Of a DNA stretch of 64,000 bases, positions 50,101 through 64,000 are shown piece by piece. The stretch's first letter is position 1. Each line of letters starts with the position of its first letter. Source of the stretch: Fimbriosthenelais zetlandica (taxonomy: Eukaryota); assembly GCA_977030845.1 (NCBI GenBank), contig OZ365113.1, forward strand, positions 13,144,001-13,208,000, read 5' to 3'. Under the pieces are notes generated by a model. The model was not told where the DNA came from and did no database searches. It worked only from the letters and a program-made list of their open reading frames with translations. The position numbers were made by a program, and so were the translations under genes.

Positions 50101-53100
50101 ATGACTGGCGGGGATGTATCCTATAGATACACGTCGTCAACATAGCGACGTAACGTCGTGTAATTGGGGGAGGTCGTGGGAATGAAGGCAATTCGAGGTG
50201 GCTTCCCAGCAGAATGATGAAACAATGTTTACCGATATATTGAATTAATGGGAACCTATAGCTCGCGCTTCCTCTATGTTTAGGCCTATGCATTATGTAG
50301 ACATGTAGTTAGTGTTCAAACAGGTAATTTGTTTTGAAAAATAAATCATAGTGAAATGGCAAAGAAATATGGCACAACTTAGGAAGATTCATTAGGCTAC
50401 GTGTGTAGGCCTACTTTGAAGCAGGGCATATCTAATTAAAAATAATTGATATATATATTCTAACTAGGCCATATATCTTTTGTTCGCTTTGTTTGATAAT
50501 ACCATTCAGTGGCAGTTCGTATATATAGGCGTTCGGTGTCAGTGGTTATGGCTTTTGATAGGTAGATTTATATAAAATATAGGTAAGAAATTCTGACGTT
50601 ATCTGACGCTATAGACCTAAACATCACATTTTAATGTTCTTCTTAAAGGGCCCATTGACTATTTTGACCCAATGACACCTCCTACGGCCATGTCCAGGTC
50701 TCCTGCATGAACTGGGAATACACGTGAATGAAGGGATTAATGTTGTCTACATACATGTATAAATAGACTATAGGCTAGCACTAACGTTTTTCTCTGTAGC
50801 CACAGTGTCTAAAGGACCCAAAATGTTTAGCCACATTGAGTGTCTTTTAGCTACAGATTATCCCTAACCCCAAAATGGAATATTTCTTTATAATGGGAAA
50901 AGTATACAAAGAAATTGCAAACAATACATTCACAAAGGTAATAGAACTATATAAGAAAACAATACCCTTCTAATTGTTTCGCCATTTATTTTTTTCGCCA
51001 CAGGCAGTTTCTTTTCGCCTTTTGCTGTGTGGCTCAGGATTCAATTTTTCTGAAGACGTTTCATTAGTGTGGAGGAGGGGTCTTTTCATGTATCATACCA
51101 TCAGCGTCATGTAGGAACAATAAAGAAGGTGTTTTACAGTTGGTAATGTCATGGAAAACATTTGTATCGCGCTTTCTCCCGATGTTTAAACCATTCCTGC
51201 ATGGCATTAAATATTTCATGGATCCTGTTTGGCCACAGCTCTGTAATTGGACATCTCCTTTACCATTTGGCTCTGGATGGATGTTATAGGCCTAGTCTAA
51301 TGACTTCTGAATATAATGGAAATTACTTTCTATCCCAAAAAAGAAAGAAGAAAATGAAATATTAGCAATGTGAAATTATGTGAGAGAGAGAAAAGGACAA
51401 GGTCGATGTAAAGGAAACGGACAAATAATACTTCCTGAATAGGCATGTTATGTCACAGGATGAGAGAGGGAGTAATTGGTCCCGCCCACAAATCTAATTA
51501 AAATGAATCGTTTTGCAGGTAATCCCAGCAGTTCATGGAAGGTAAGGAAATGTGGCGTGAGGATGGTGAACAGTTGGATCTGTCGAACAAGCACCTAGGT
51601 TACTGCCTATGGCACACTCATATTAGATACATGTATTCATTGTGGGATAATTCAGACTTAATCCATCTATAATTCCTGAGATTTCATCTGACAGTGACGG
51701 CACAGAAAAATAATCATTATGAAGAAGGCGCTAAGAGAACATGTGCTACCAGTATCTGGGGATTAACAAAGTAATACTATGCTAGGCACTAGCAACATGT
51801 TTAGTTTTCAATCACTGTGTGGCTGGATTTGACTTTCTGAAGCAGTTTCTCTTATAGAAAATTGAGACTGGGCCTCTTAGTTATCTTTCCAGTTATTAAC
51901 AGAGCCCTGTATTGTATTCCTTGCTTCGTCTTTAAAAAGGAAACCATCAAATATATACGTATTCATCAGTAAGTCAACTGTTGGACAATCTACAAAACTC
52001 CAGCATGTACTAGGAACTCCTTTTAGTTTTAGTGCACTTCAAATCTCATTTGAAAAACTCACAGCAACAGCAATGATCTGCATTAATCAAATCTAGATCA
52101 TCTTACTTCGATTATCATCCCCTAGAAGCAGGGCTCTGAAATGATGTTTTCTATAATTGAGGCCGCTGGCATTTTCAAGATATGATTTACTTTTATTCCA
52201 GTAGTACAATTGATGTAGGGGAATTAAGTACAATTCAGTATTCAGACTGTGTGAGTCCATGCTTGGGAATGATCATTATTTCTCATGAAGATTCAGACAG
52301 CTGTGGAAATGATGGTTATCCCGCTGGGTTTGTTCTTATCTAATCAACTTCTTTCTTGCAGAATGGGATCGCTGAAGTGAATGTCCTTCAGTTCTGAAGA
52401 GCCCTAGGGGAAATGAATACTGGGAAGTAATGAATGCTGGTTTTGCTGAGCTTAGTCCTAATTCATTTTAAACATAAAAGACATTGATACAGCCCCCCGA
52501 AAAAACGGAATATACCAAATGCAATGCGCAGTCACGAAGCTTTGCACATCCAAGATAGATGTGGCTTCACCTCCCTTCTCTGGGGTTAACTAAATAAGGG
52601 ACTGAAGGCCCCGGGCCTCAAAGACAAGAAAGTGATTCAGATGTTTTGAACTCAAGAGAAATTTATATTCAAGGAAGTGTTAGTATCCCACAGGAAAAAA
52701 TATCCCAGCCTTTATGATTGGGCATAAGTATTTGCTTAATAAAAGGCAAAGTCTAAAATGAAATATGACATAGAAGGGAGCGAGGTTATTACATATTCAA
52801 ATGTCAATATATAAGCTGTAATTTCATTTACAGCAGAGCTCGTAGAATATATTTATTTCGGTGATAACTTATGCTGTTAGGCCACATTCTGAGAATCCTT
52901 TGGCATTAAACATCCTACTGTCCCAACCGAATAGTATAGAGTAGAGCAAAGTTATTGGTAATTTCCACAGTGGGATATTCTGTTAACATCTTTAGGGTCC
53001 ACTAGGACAGGAAAATGGTCTTAGCAAACTCCGTCCCTAGCGCCTTAATAAACCAAACAGAAAACTCCAACTTGATAGACAGACAGCTGAAGTGTTCCTA

Positions 53101-56100
53101 TTTTGCTATTGATGCTGATTGCTTCATAGCAGATATTTTGGTTCATAAAATCATAATGTTATATGAGCTGAACCAGATGAGCTGATTACATTGACTTGAA
53201 CAGAAATGGGGGAAAAAATAAAAATTAACAAGTTACTTCCGGATTAACTGCTCCCCACAATGTCTGTGATGCTAATTTCTAGGGGGATAAAAGGTAATGA
53301 AGAAAAAGGGCCTAATGAAATCTGCTTTGAAAGTGTTTCCACCCAATCTAAAAGGGAAAAAATTGGACTTGACCAGGAAAGATTCCAATGCCTTAGTCTG
53401 ATTTGTAAAAGTCATTTGTCTCCATATAGAGCAAAACACAGCCAAACTAAATGTGGAAAGTTCAGACATGTGCCTGGAAAGTTTATGAATTAACGGTATT
53501 TTCACAGATAAATTCTCATCATCAGGAAAATGCTTCATAACAATTTATTGGGACAAAAGTATTGCAATATAAAATTTCCACTATATACTACGTGGGCTCT
53601 AATACAACTCCTTTTTGGGGCTTTAATGCATCTCACATAAGCGACCTAGGCCAAGATTAAGTGATGTATTGGCTAAAGGCTGACATGTTCAATAAGAGGT
53701 TATAGCTGGAGTTCGCCCCAAGCTTAGGTCTGCCAGTTTAAAATAGGATACCCATTTTCCCATTAACTTAGCATAGAGATATTTATTCATACAAATATTA
53801 TATAAGTGTGCAGGAACTCAACATTATGGCACCACAGCGAACAGATGGCATCAGATGACTCAAATGGCAATTGTAATTACTATAGTCGTATTATTTTGAT
53901 CAATTAGTTTGAATTGACATTCAAGCTGTGCCACATTAAAGTTTGGATGCCTTTTTTCAGGATGTTCTTCAGACTATCCACTCGCTGCTGTTAATGTACT
54001 TTCTTTGATCTAAATTGACACTATCTTGTCTTATGCATCCTTTTATTAGGCTCAACCATATTTTATCAACTTATAGAAGAGTCTAGACATGACATTGTCC
54101 AGGCAAGGGACTTTTCCATTCTTATCTTTTTATCATTTAATGGAAAGAATTAGGCTGTCATAAATGTCACTGTGATATAGTAAAATTGGGAGGCGGACAT
54201 TTGGTAATTCAGGGGGGCAAAAGCTTCTTTTAGAGCCTGATGATGAATGTTTTATTAAGTCAGATGAGTCTGTGAATGTATAGGAAAAGGCAGTACTTTA
54301 CAGTTTCATATTTACTGTGTAGTCGGGCAATAATATCGGAAGCTCAATCAGAGTATAGTCTCATGGTGTAAGAGGAACTGGTACAAGTGGCCCGGCTTTG
54401 ATGGAAGCAGTTTGCCTCTGTCTTCCTCATAAGAGAAGGGGTATGGGGTCGGAGGTTAATAGAAGATTCCTCCAGTTGTTGCCAGAGAAGAAAGAATTTC
54501 TTTAGCTTATAATCAAGGATAAGAGCTGCGGTATAAGAGTTCAGAGACGACTCATCAGCTGGCTCAGAATGCCTGGGAGGTCGCATGTATATGTCGTCAT
54601 ATTCTTTTCAGGCAGTCTGTAAGGAACTCTACACATGTATGGAGCCCTCTTTAAGGTGAAGGAAGGGACACTCACACAAGGAGTGGTTTCACCCTTAAGA
54701 CAGTGTCATTCTCGAGATGTTCTTTGTTCTCTTTGCCCAGAGGCGAACAGTTTCTTTTCCCCCATTTTCCTTTACACCTACCCGTTGCTTTATCCACTTC
54801 TGTCCTGTCATTCAAAAAGTTTCACATTTTCTCTTTCAATAGAACTGATGAATTTCAGGTAAAGGAATGTTGTTCTTTGATTACAAATGCCCCTAATGTC
54901 TGGAGCGACCCTGATTATCTGAGTGCTTCTCATGGACTGTGACATAGTCTATATGACTCTGCCAATAGCTCAGAGGGATGGGAACTGATGATAGGGCATT
55001 TGTACATCAAAGACAGCAGATATGACCATGTCTGTTTATGAGCCTTGGTGGGCTGGCATGACCCGTCCTCCATGCCATATTCAGAGTTCACTTTCCCCCA
55101 AAACCCAGCATCAGAATACTACTGGGAAACGTTCCAGACAGCCGATAGCTCGTTTTGCTAAGGAAAAAGCTGGGCTAGTGTCATTGCTAATCATCCCATT
55201 GATTCGTTCAGGAAAGATCTGTGACAGACAATTGGTTTGCTATCAGTGATTTATTGTTGTGAGAGACCGAGAAAAATGTTGCTGGGTGGGAGAACGGGAG
55301 ACAGATTGTCATCTACCGAAATTATTCCTTTCATGAAAGCAATTTGAAGGCCGAGTCAATAAATCTAGATTATTGTTGTGTGCCCAACAAAGGCGTTAAG
55401 ATATCACTGCCTCTGCAATGGGAATTGCGATTTAAGATGATTTATAGATTAATTCTATAAGTCTTACATGATCTATGTCTAAGATGTGTCTCCGAGCTTA
55501 GGACGATTATCATCGTCCTTCACATGGCAGGAGATGCGTCGACTCGCTAAATGTACTGATGGCAATTCATTCTGTAATTCATTCATTTATCCATTTATAT
55601 CAAGTATGGCCAACAATTTGCATTCATTTCCAGACAAATGGTAAACGCCAAAGTTACAGTCGAAGAAAATCAAACTTGCCGTTGAAGTGTTTTATTCTTT
55701 CCTGATGCTGAGCTCTAATCCCGGCCTACACGCATGCACAGCATCCCTCAATACACATCTTTCATGAGAGGTCCTTACAGCACCATTCAAGATTTACTCT
55801 GTGTCCCCCACCCGATCCGATTTACCCACCACTCCACCACTTTTCCTGGATCTGTCTTCCATCAATAAGAGAATGTGTAACTACCAATATAGCAAAGCAA
55901 ATAATCGCTGGGGGAACCATATAGAGCTTTTATTTCCTGGTCTGATATTTCCTAATTCCAAATGGTGCCACTCTGTCCGCTTCCATACAGTGAATAGCAC
56001 ACAGCAATCAGTAGGAGGCAGAGTTTAGACCCTGGAGGAGTGGCTCACAATCATATCATGAATGGCAAGTGGTTACTAATACCGCCGAGATATTCTCCCT

Positions 56101-59100
56101 AATTGGTAACCATGCTGAGACATTCTTTCAAGATTTCTCTATTTGATTTCATGTACTTAAACAATGTAATGAACCAGAAACTACTAAAAAAAACTTTTTA
56201 AGTTCAGAATTCTAGAGGTAACTCTTCAAGTCGCTGTGCCTAGTTAACTGTGGTATAAATTATGCATGCTTGTTGAAGTGCAATCTGTTTCGAAAGTACA
56301 ATATACCAGTACAATTACTTTTGTAATATATCTAGAAAATAAATAAGCAATAGTAGATAAGATCATAATCACTACTAAAGCATTTTATTTGTTGGAACTT
56401 GATATAACTATCTTTGAGCGATAAGGGGAACATATGAGAGTCAAAATAAAGAGTATACCTTTATTGTGGCTCTCATATATGTATAGATGTCTTTGGCAGA
56501 AAGTCCTTGTTGGACATATATGCATGCATAATACATAGATACATTGTATATAAATTTATTTCTCCGAAAATGTCGACGGAAGCTTACATGTCACCTATCT
56601 CCAGTAATCAACTCTCGAGTAGATATCAATGTTAACAGAATCTAGTCAAAATGGACTGGTCACGACATGGCTTCCTATTTTGTTGGGAGGTCAGGGTCTT
56701 TCCTGTTGCTTTGGAGATAAAGCCATGCAAAGCAAAAAGGGAAACAAAGGGCCTTTGCTTTGTATGGTTCTTATCAGTCACTGTGATAAGCCCCTTTACC
56801 CGAATCAACAAACTAACCCCAGAAAGGGTGAACTGGTGTACCCTGCCAGTTTTGTTTCAGCAGGTAGATATCATGAACCAAAAACAGTGAAGACTGAAGG
56901 TCTATAGTTTACATTAATAATTATTGAGATGCTTCTGTCACAATATAATTGTATTTCAAGTGTCCAAGACCTTAAGGCCATCCTCCACCGGTACATCTTT
57001 CGTTGCAACACAAACATCACTTTGTCGCAGTAGTGTCGCACGAAAAACATCAGTGGAGTATTGGCTTACTGCTGTGAAAGGGAGAACGGAATGAACCATT
57101 TCCCTCGCGACTACCAGCCCAGCACTTCCTCTTCCACTCAGTTCACTTTCTACCATCATCTTCCACCTCGGTCTGCAACTTCCATTCCCTCCCCATGCAT
57201 CCCCGCACTCAAAATACTTTCTTGGGGAGTTTCCATTTTCATCGAAGGTGTTTACTGTCACACTGTCAAGGAATCTTTCATTTTTGATTAATTTGTCAAG
57301 TATTTCAAAAGGAGAATGTAATGCCTCAATACAGAAAATTAAGCATTCAAATGTAGTCAGTTGTACTGATCTTCCCAAACAAGTTGATAAAAAAGACAAT
57401 ATTTTCAGGGCTTTCAGCTGGAACAGCAGCCATTTAAAGATCGCCTCAGGAATTAATCAGCCATGGGGAGGATTTTAATTGTAGCTACTTCATTTTTTGG
57501 GCCACAAAACGCCTCATCAGAAAGGTGACGGGTCAGGTCTGCACTAACCCAACGACTGCCCGGTCACTTAACTCTGCATTTGAGCAGGTTAACAATTGCT
57601 GCATTGAAAGACCCCTGCCTTCTGCAGGCAATGCTTGAGCTCACTCATTCGTGATCACTCCATCAAGTGTGAGCTATTTCTATGGCCAGAGCCTTTGTTT
57701 ATTGCATAGAAATTGGGATTTTTTGGTGCAATTTGTGCCTATCCATCTCCTCACGATTCGGGCTGCCCCCGCAGAATGCTTCGAATGGTAAGTCACGTCT
57801 TGGGGGTAGGTCCACACTGAGCCAATGGTCTACCAGACTGATGGGGATCTCATGGCACTCAGAAATGAATTCTATGTGAGAATAACTTTCAACAAGTGCC
57901 CACTCAACGGCTTAGTGTATGACCAGAGTGATTTAGTGCATGAACGTTGAATAATTGACACCATATTGTTCATAACTCCTGTTTCGTTATTGCACTACAT
58001 GGGTTTGAACCAAGCAGGATGCAGATCTCTGGAATATGCCAGTGAAAGCTGCTGGGGATAATGAGTGTTTGACTGTACAAGTTGGTGACAGTTTCATAAC
58101 AATAAGTGAGTGATGTGCATCAACAACCCATTGTAAATCTATAGTGAACTTTTATGCACCCCCACCCTGTCTTTTCTACAATGGCTTCAATGGGTAGAGT
58201 AGGTCTCCTTTTGTTAAACCACCATAATGTCATACCTTGTCTGCCGGCTCTCCAATCACCACCCCCCAGTCCGGCAGCTCGCAGAGCTTCCTGTTATAAA
58301 CTGACAGGTCCCAGGGGGAGCAGCTCAGCAACCGTGCCCATCTGAAAGACAAAATGGCGGATCTGACAGGGCACGCTGTGAGACTTAATGGATTGGAAGG
58401 GAGACTTATAACCTGATAACAAGGAGCGGTTCAGACAGGGGTCACAGGTAAAAAGTGGATAACATCCTTTTTGTAAGGGAGTTATATCGAAATGTATAAT
58501 GCCTCTGAAAAGGTCATAACCTGACAGACAATAGGTTGAGATGGAATCGCAATTGATTGCCATCAGAAGCAACTTTAATAATCATAATATTCTCAGGCAT
58601 TGACCAATGGATGTGGAGCTTCTCTCTTTTAAAGACTTGGTTTATAAATGGTAAATGAAGGTCCAACCTTTGCAGAAGCCGCGGCTTAATGTAGTGCTTG
58701 AGGTCAATCATGACCAGCTAAATCCCGGTCTCAGCAGTACCTCAGTGCTTTATTGATTCCTTTGTGCTAATTAGGACAAAGTTTGTCGGGTCACGCAGAA
58801 CCACACTTTGAGGCTAAAGGTTATTTTCAAAATGTAACAAATTATACAAACTGCAAAAGAATAAGAAATTGTGTTCTCATCCATAAAGGCCTTGTTAATG
58901 GAAAAAAATATAAGAATTTTTTTGGTCTTAAAATATTTTTGTGAAGTATCGCAGGTTGCTTTTTGCCTATGCCCTTTGGTAATTACACACGTTAATTCCA
59001 ATTTCTTCTTTCAAAACTTCAGTGTTCAGAAACTGCCTCCCTATATACATTGTGTGTCTGCATGTTCCCAGAGAAACCCGCACCTCCGGTGAAAATACAC

Positions 59101-62100
59101 ATGTGTGGCTACAGGTGTCTCAGTTTACTTTTACATGCCACAGGCTACACACTGAAAATGGTTAGTTGCACATTCAGTTGGGAAGACGATAAAGCAAGAT
59201 ATGGAATAACAAAAACTCCTAGAGGGTTAGGCTAAAGCCCAGCGTCACGTGATCACGAATAGTTACATGATTATGACTGTCATTACCTGCCACTGCTTTG
59301 TGTTTCATTATTTTACACCCTTTAATGCTAACAATATACTCATATTTCTAAGGCAACTGAGGCCAATGACAACCAAAGCCATGTATTCTTTTTTAAACAG
59401 ACATCATGACAAGTGTGCATGAGGAGCAGAGTTATACTGTATATACTTCCTATTTCGAACCAGACCTTTAAGGAGAACCCCAAACTGCTTTATGGAAAAA
59501 GGTAATTAGACAACATTTCAGAAGTTTACATAGCAACCCCAGGGTACCCTAGATGAGTATCACTAGTAGGCCTATACATCCATAATAAGTATCAACTCTA
59601 AGACTTTTGAAACACATATACCGTAAGACAAGGAGACGCATCTCGCATTTACAGGATCTAAAAGACAGCCTGGCAACCAAGAGGGAACCCCGATTCATTT
59701 TCTCAAACACCATGCATTGATGTTGCCAAATCACAAGTCTCACTAAAAAATAAAAGGAAAATGACAGAAGCAGGAGGCACAGGCATGACGATCGCTGGCT
59801 TTGAACAGGACTTCTGCCTCCGGGCCATGCATGTTTGGACTGGCAAGAGCCTGGCGTTAAAAGATGACATTCTTTGGAGTGAAACTGAGAATAAACGTCC
59901 TCATGGACAGGGCGGTGACTGAGTGGAATTTTAATGTCCAGATCATGAATATAGCTGAATTATTCATTTCAACTGAAAGTCGAGACCTGCGTTATAGCTC
60001 TTTCATAAAAGTAAGGGCGAAATCCAGAACATCATCCAAATGGAAATCCAAATAGAGGTGTTGCTGATTCACTGTGTCAAAAACAAGACCGTAAACATAA
60101 AGCTGAGGTCCGTCACTTTGTTACCAGCTCAGTCACTGACGTTATCTGCCAGGGAAATGCCTTGAGAATGTACATGATCTGAGGCGATCTCTTCTTACAG
60201 TGGTCTGTTTTATGCCATCTCATTGTTGCCTTCCCAATGACTTGTGGAAGTATTGCTTTTTGATGATCCTCATAGCAAGAGACCTTTTCATATTACACAA
60301 AGGATGATCAATTGGAACATGGCGTATTAAGTGGACAAAGGGCAGGTGTAAAATGACACACCCTGGTCGATTTTGATCGGGGCACCTCATATAACGTTTC
60401 TTGAGCTCTCTTTGGCTGAATTGGTTTCCCTAATCATTCAGATAAGTTTTACTATAGTGAATTGCATTTGAGAAATGGTACTCAGTCATTTTAGTGGTCT
60501 CACAGGTCAGGTGGTCCTGTACTTTTTTCGTTCTTTTTTTATAGTGTTTTTCATAAGACAACAGAAGATTACGGATAAAGAACCGAAGCTAGAAAAATTG
60601 CATGTGATCCGCGGTAGGCATTGAGATTTTGAGCTGTGTATAGCTCTCGATTATTCTTGGAAGACCAAGGAAAGGATGTCCTTCCACCTGTTTCCACACA
60701 GTTAATGACCTCTGGTCTGTGAATGTCAGGGGTAAGGGTTTTCCAGACCCTGTAGAAACAGCCATTATGAGCTTGGATTCAGAAGTGGCTGTGAGTAATG
60801 GAGTCACACGATGACAATTATTGGACATGGATATGATATTGATCACTAGAGATGATGGATCACTAAATGGGCTACACTTTCTCTCTCAGATAGGCAGAAC
60901 ACATTACTAAGGTCTCCCTTCAGATGATTGGTAACCGAGGATAAGATAGGAAATTTGTTTACTGCGGTGGGTCCTACGTAAACTGTGGGGGTGGAACATC
61001 GAATTCCAATGGGATGTTTATTGGTTTAAAAAACTGCCAAAATCATGCTATGAAGATCTGATAGTGAAATTTATTCATATCCGTGAGCAATTAAAATGTT
61101 ACTGTTTTACGGGCCCGTGCACAGATTCTCCATATCAGCAAGAAACAGACAATGTCCTTGAATAAAAGGTACAACATTTTATCATGTGATATTGGGACTT
61201 TGATTGCATAGGAAAAGCTAGGTTTCTATGTACCAAAATACGCCAAAGAGTTAAGGTCAAGATGATTCTACATAAAATATATATTTGGTTAGCATCGCGG
61301 GAAATGATGCATGATTACAGGGATGGTATACCTATACATCATTCATGGCGGGTCAGGACTGCCTCTAAAATCCGTCCATATATCTGCATTTCCATCCCAT
61401 AAGCCAGATGAACGATTAGCTTCATCGACATGACCCACTATGCCTTCGCTGCCCTACTACAAGGAATAAGCTTTTTGACCCTCCAAGGAGCTGGGGTATA
61501 GTTCTCGATCTAATAAGGTGAAAAGTGATTTGTGATTGACTAGATAACGGTGGACATGATGTAAATGAAAGCAGTATACAAATGTTGGGGTAACTCGCTA
61601 AAAAAAAGTTGATATCACCTTTGAAACTTATGATCAAGCATGACCTTTATATACAAATGTAGTTCCCATAATTAGAATGAATATTTAATATATTAGAAGA
61701 ACTCTAAAGTTCTGAACTTACAAATTGTATTGTAGAAACAACAGTTGCATAGAAAATGAAAAAGGGGATACCCGAAATAGGTTGCAAAGGAAAGAGAAAG
61801 AGTTATGCATGTTGTATAGGAAATGCAGAGAGATAGTACCCAAAGAAAGTTGCATGGGAAACCCATCTAGCACAAGTTACTCTTTATAATGTACATTTTC
61901 TGTTGTATGTTGTCATGCAATTTACTCTGTGAATGTCCAGCTACTTGTGCCAGTAGATAAGAGACTGTAGGCAGCAGACCGAACAAATGAGATTGAAGAT
62001 ATAATGATGAAATCAGAAAATAGGCACTCAAATATTGTCTATCGAGTTTGACGACAGTCGGTTGTACCTTGTGCAGATATTGAACAGACGGAAACGTGAT

Positions 62101-64000
62101 AGCATCAGTTGTGTAGCTGTTCATTATGAAAAATGTCCAGTCATCTCCAGTCTCCCTCTAACTACAATTTCTCAGTATTATAATTAGGATATCCGGTAAC
62201 CTGCTCGAGAAACTATTAGTGTAACCTTTTTAATTAATTGTGCTCATCTCATTTTAATTAGAATTAATAATAAATCCAGTAGTTATGAGGACACTTTTTC
62301 AGAACTCAAATCACGACCCATTCACATTGAAGAGAGGTCTTAATTTTGAAAAAGCATCTTTAAAGTATACATGCAGGTGGAAACTTTTCCCCTGACCACA
62401 ATTTAGAATATATAAAAACCCCTTTAGTGTTATTGGGATCAGAAACAAAGGTTATTGTTTATGCCATGACCCTTATCGTGAATCGTCTCACCTAGGTACC
62501 CATCATTGCTGGCCCTGGAGGCCTGCAGACCCTCTCACAGTCTGATGTGCAAGTAAATTGGAATGACATCCTTCTCACCTGTGTCAATCCTCGGGGAAGT
62601 TTGCCTCTGTAGTTCGTCAAGACTCAGATAGAAAATTAACTGCAAAAGGTCCCACCGATTTCCATCAAAGAACTGCCTAAACGCATTGCCATCTGATGAG
62701 CTGCATTTCCCTTTAGGCAAAACAGAAATGGCACAAGCCAGCTGATCCTACATTCATGTGTACTGACAGACATCTATATTTACCTCGACCATTTTGTTCT
62801 CCATTTCATAATATGTTACAAGTCATGGATGCATTTCCAATATACGCGTCTTGGGACATTATTGGGAGGGCCATGATCTTATAAGTTTTTGCAGATGAGT
62901 GTAGGAGCAATATTTGTTGCTATTTAGAGCAGGGCAGTAGATCCCATGATGTTCATTTCCTCCGAAATAACCAATAGATGATTACCAAGCGGAAAAAGAG
63001 CTGAAATGATTTACGGAACTGCGATATCCCAATGCACAGTACATCACTCTCATGCACCTCAGGACCAGCCGGAATGAGTGCCAGACAAGACCAGAGAGAC
63101 TAAATATACTGTTGTGTCCACAAGTCAGATCTTTATTCGGCTTTTGTCATTGGTCAACATGAGGCCTTCACGCCCGTCAGCTAATGGAATAGGACCATGG
63201 CAGGAGCCTACTGTCAGAGAATATGTATATATCTCCTTTTCTATCTGTGAATATTTCCATCAGTATGCACTGACAATGCACATGCACAGAGAACCACTTA
63301 TACGACTGTATATCCACAGTCTCCCTGCCCACAATCACGCTGTGGCACCCATCTCGTGGCCAGGAGGAGAGTGATTGATCGAATCAAGCATTGGGTGGCC
63401 ATTTTCTGGCTTCAGCCAGCGGCTTCAGGGCTTTGTGGCGGGCGTTGTAAAGTACCAATGGACTGGGTGATCAGGAAGAGCGTGAGGAAGCATTAAACAC
63501 GTATGAAGTGCAGCTTTTCATCTTGGTTAGCCCGCCCAGCCTAGTCCAAGCAATGATTCCACCCTCATAAAGTGGGTTTGCTCCGTTTGGAGATCAACTA
63601 TTGTAATATTATTGTCTCCCTGGCTGGATTTGCAGGCGCCAGTGGATAAAAAGACCAATGGCTAACAGTATGGTGTCGATCCTCCAGACAGATATCACCA
63701 CTCAATGCAAAAGAGGGGAATTATCAAGGCATAAAAAGATCACACTGTCCACATCTAACAATAATTCTATTGCTTTGAACCATGCATAGTTCACCGCATC
63801 ATCATGTATATAAAGGGCTTATATGTGGGGTAACAAGATAGTCAAGTTGATAATCAATATAAAGTACTTAAATGTACAGAAATAGCTAGAAGAGAAAAAC
63901 GTGAAGAAAAACGTTCAAATTGACTGCTGGGTTGGCAGATGATTCTTAAAAAAACATCTAAAATCACATCCATGTTGCATATAGCTTTCCTCCTATTATT

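Noticed and set aside
56956-57399. 147-aa minus-strand ORF (and similar 90-140-aa ORFs at 17754, 19176, 36434, 41474, 49955)
   Set aside because: No recognisable domain or coding-like composition, and lengths are compatible with chance in 64 kb. The candidate exon 36400-36525 has stops in all three + frames.

Overview
AT-rich eukaryotic (animal, probably marine invertebrate; host is inference only) genomic window with one 137-nt assembly gap (21484-21620). The only protein-coding gene I can support is a single-exon class A aminergic GPCR on the minus strand (29931-31118), closest to the histamine H2 receptor family. It has a DRN in place of DRY, lacks the TM5 aspartate of vertebrate H2, and is preceded by a probable 5'-UTR intron acceptor and three uORFs. 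The first ~15.6 kb is a dense mosaic of repeats. Three copies of a ~0.8-1.1 kb modular repeat lie in +/-/+ orientation, with a ~52-bp minisatellite outer domain and G-rich inner ends. The first two copies bracket ~10 kb holding an orphan CCAAT/octamer/Inr promoter, two abutting hairpins, motif arrays, a purine-rich decayed duplicated region, MITEs and a tRNA-derived SINE head. A cluster of three tRNA-like sequences and a Tc1/mariner-type MITE with ~340-bp TIRs and TA duplication follow. From ~16 kb to 64 kb, apart from the GPCR, the sequence looks non-coding, with a (CT)n microsatellite and small palindromes. The other short ORFs in the track look like noise. No transposase, reverse transcriptase, CRISPR array or rRNA was recognised. 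All alignments and identities were done by eye.
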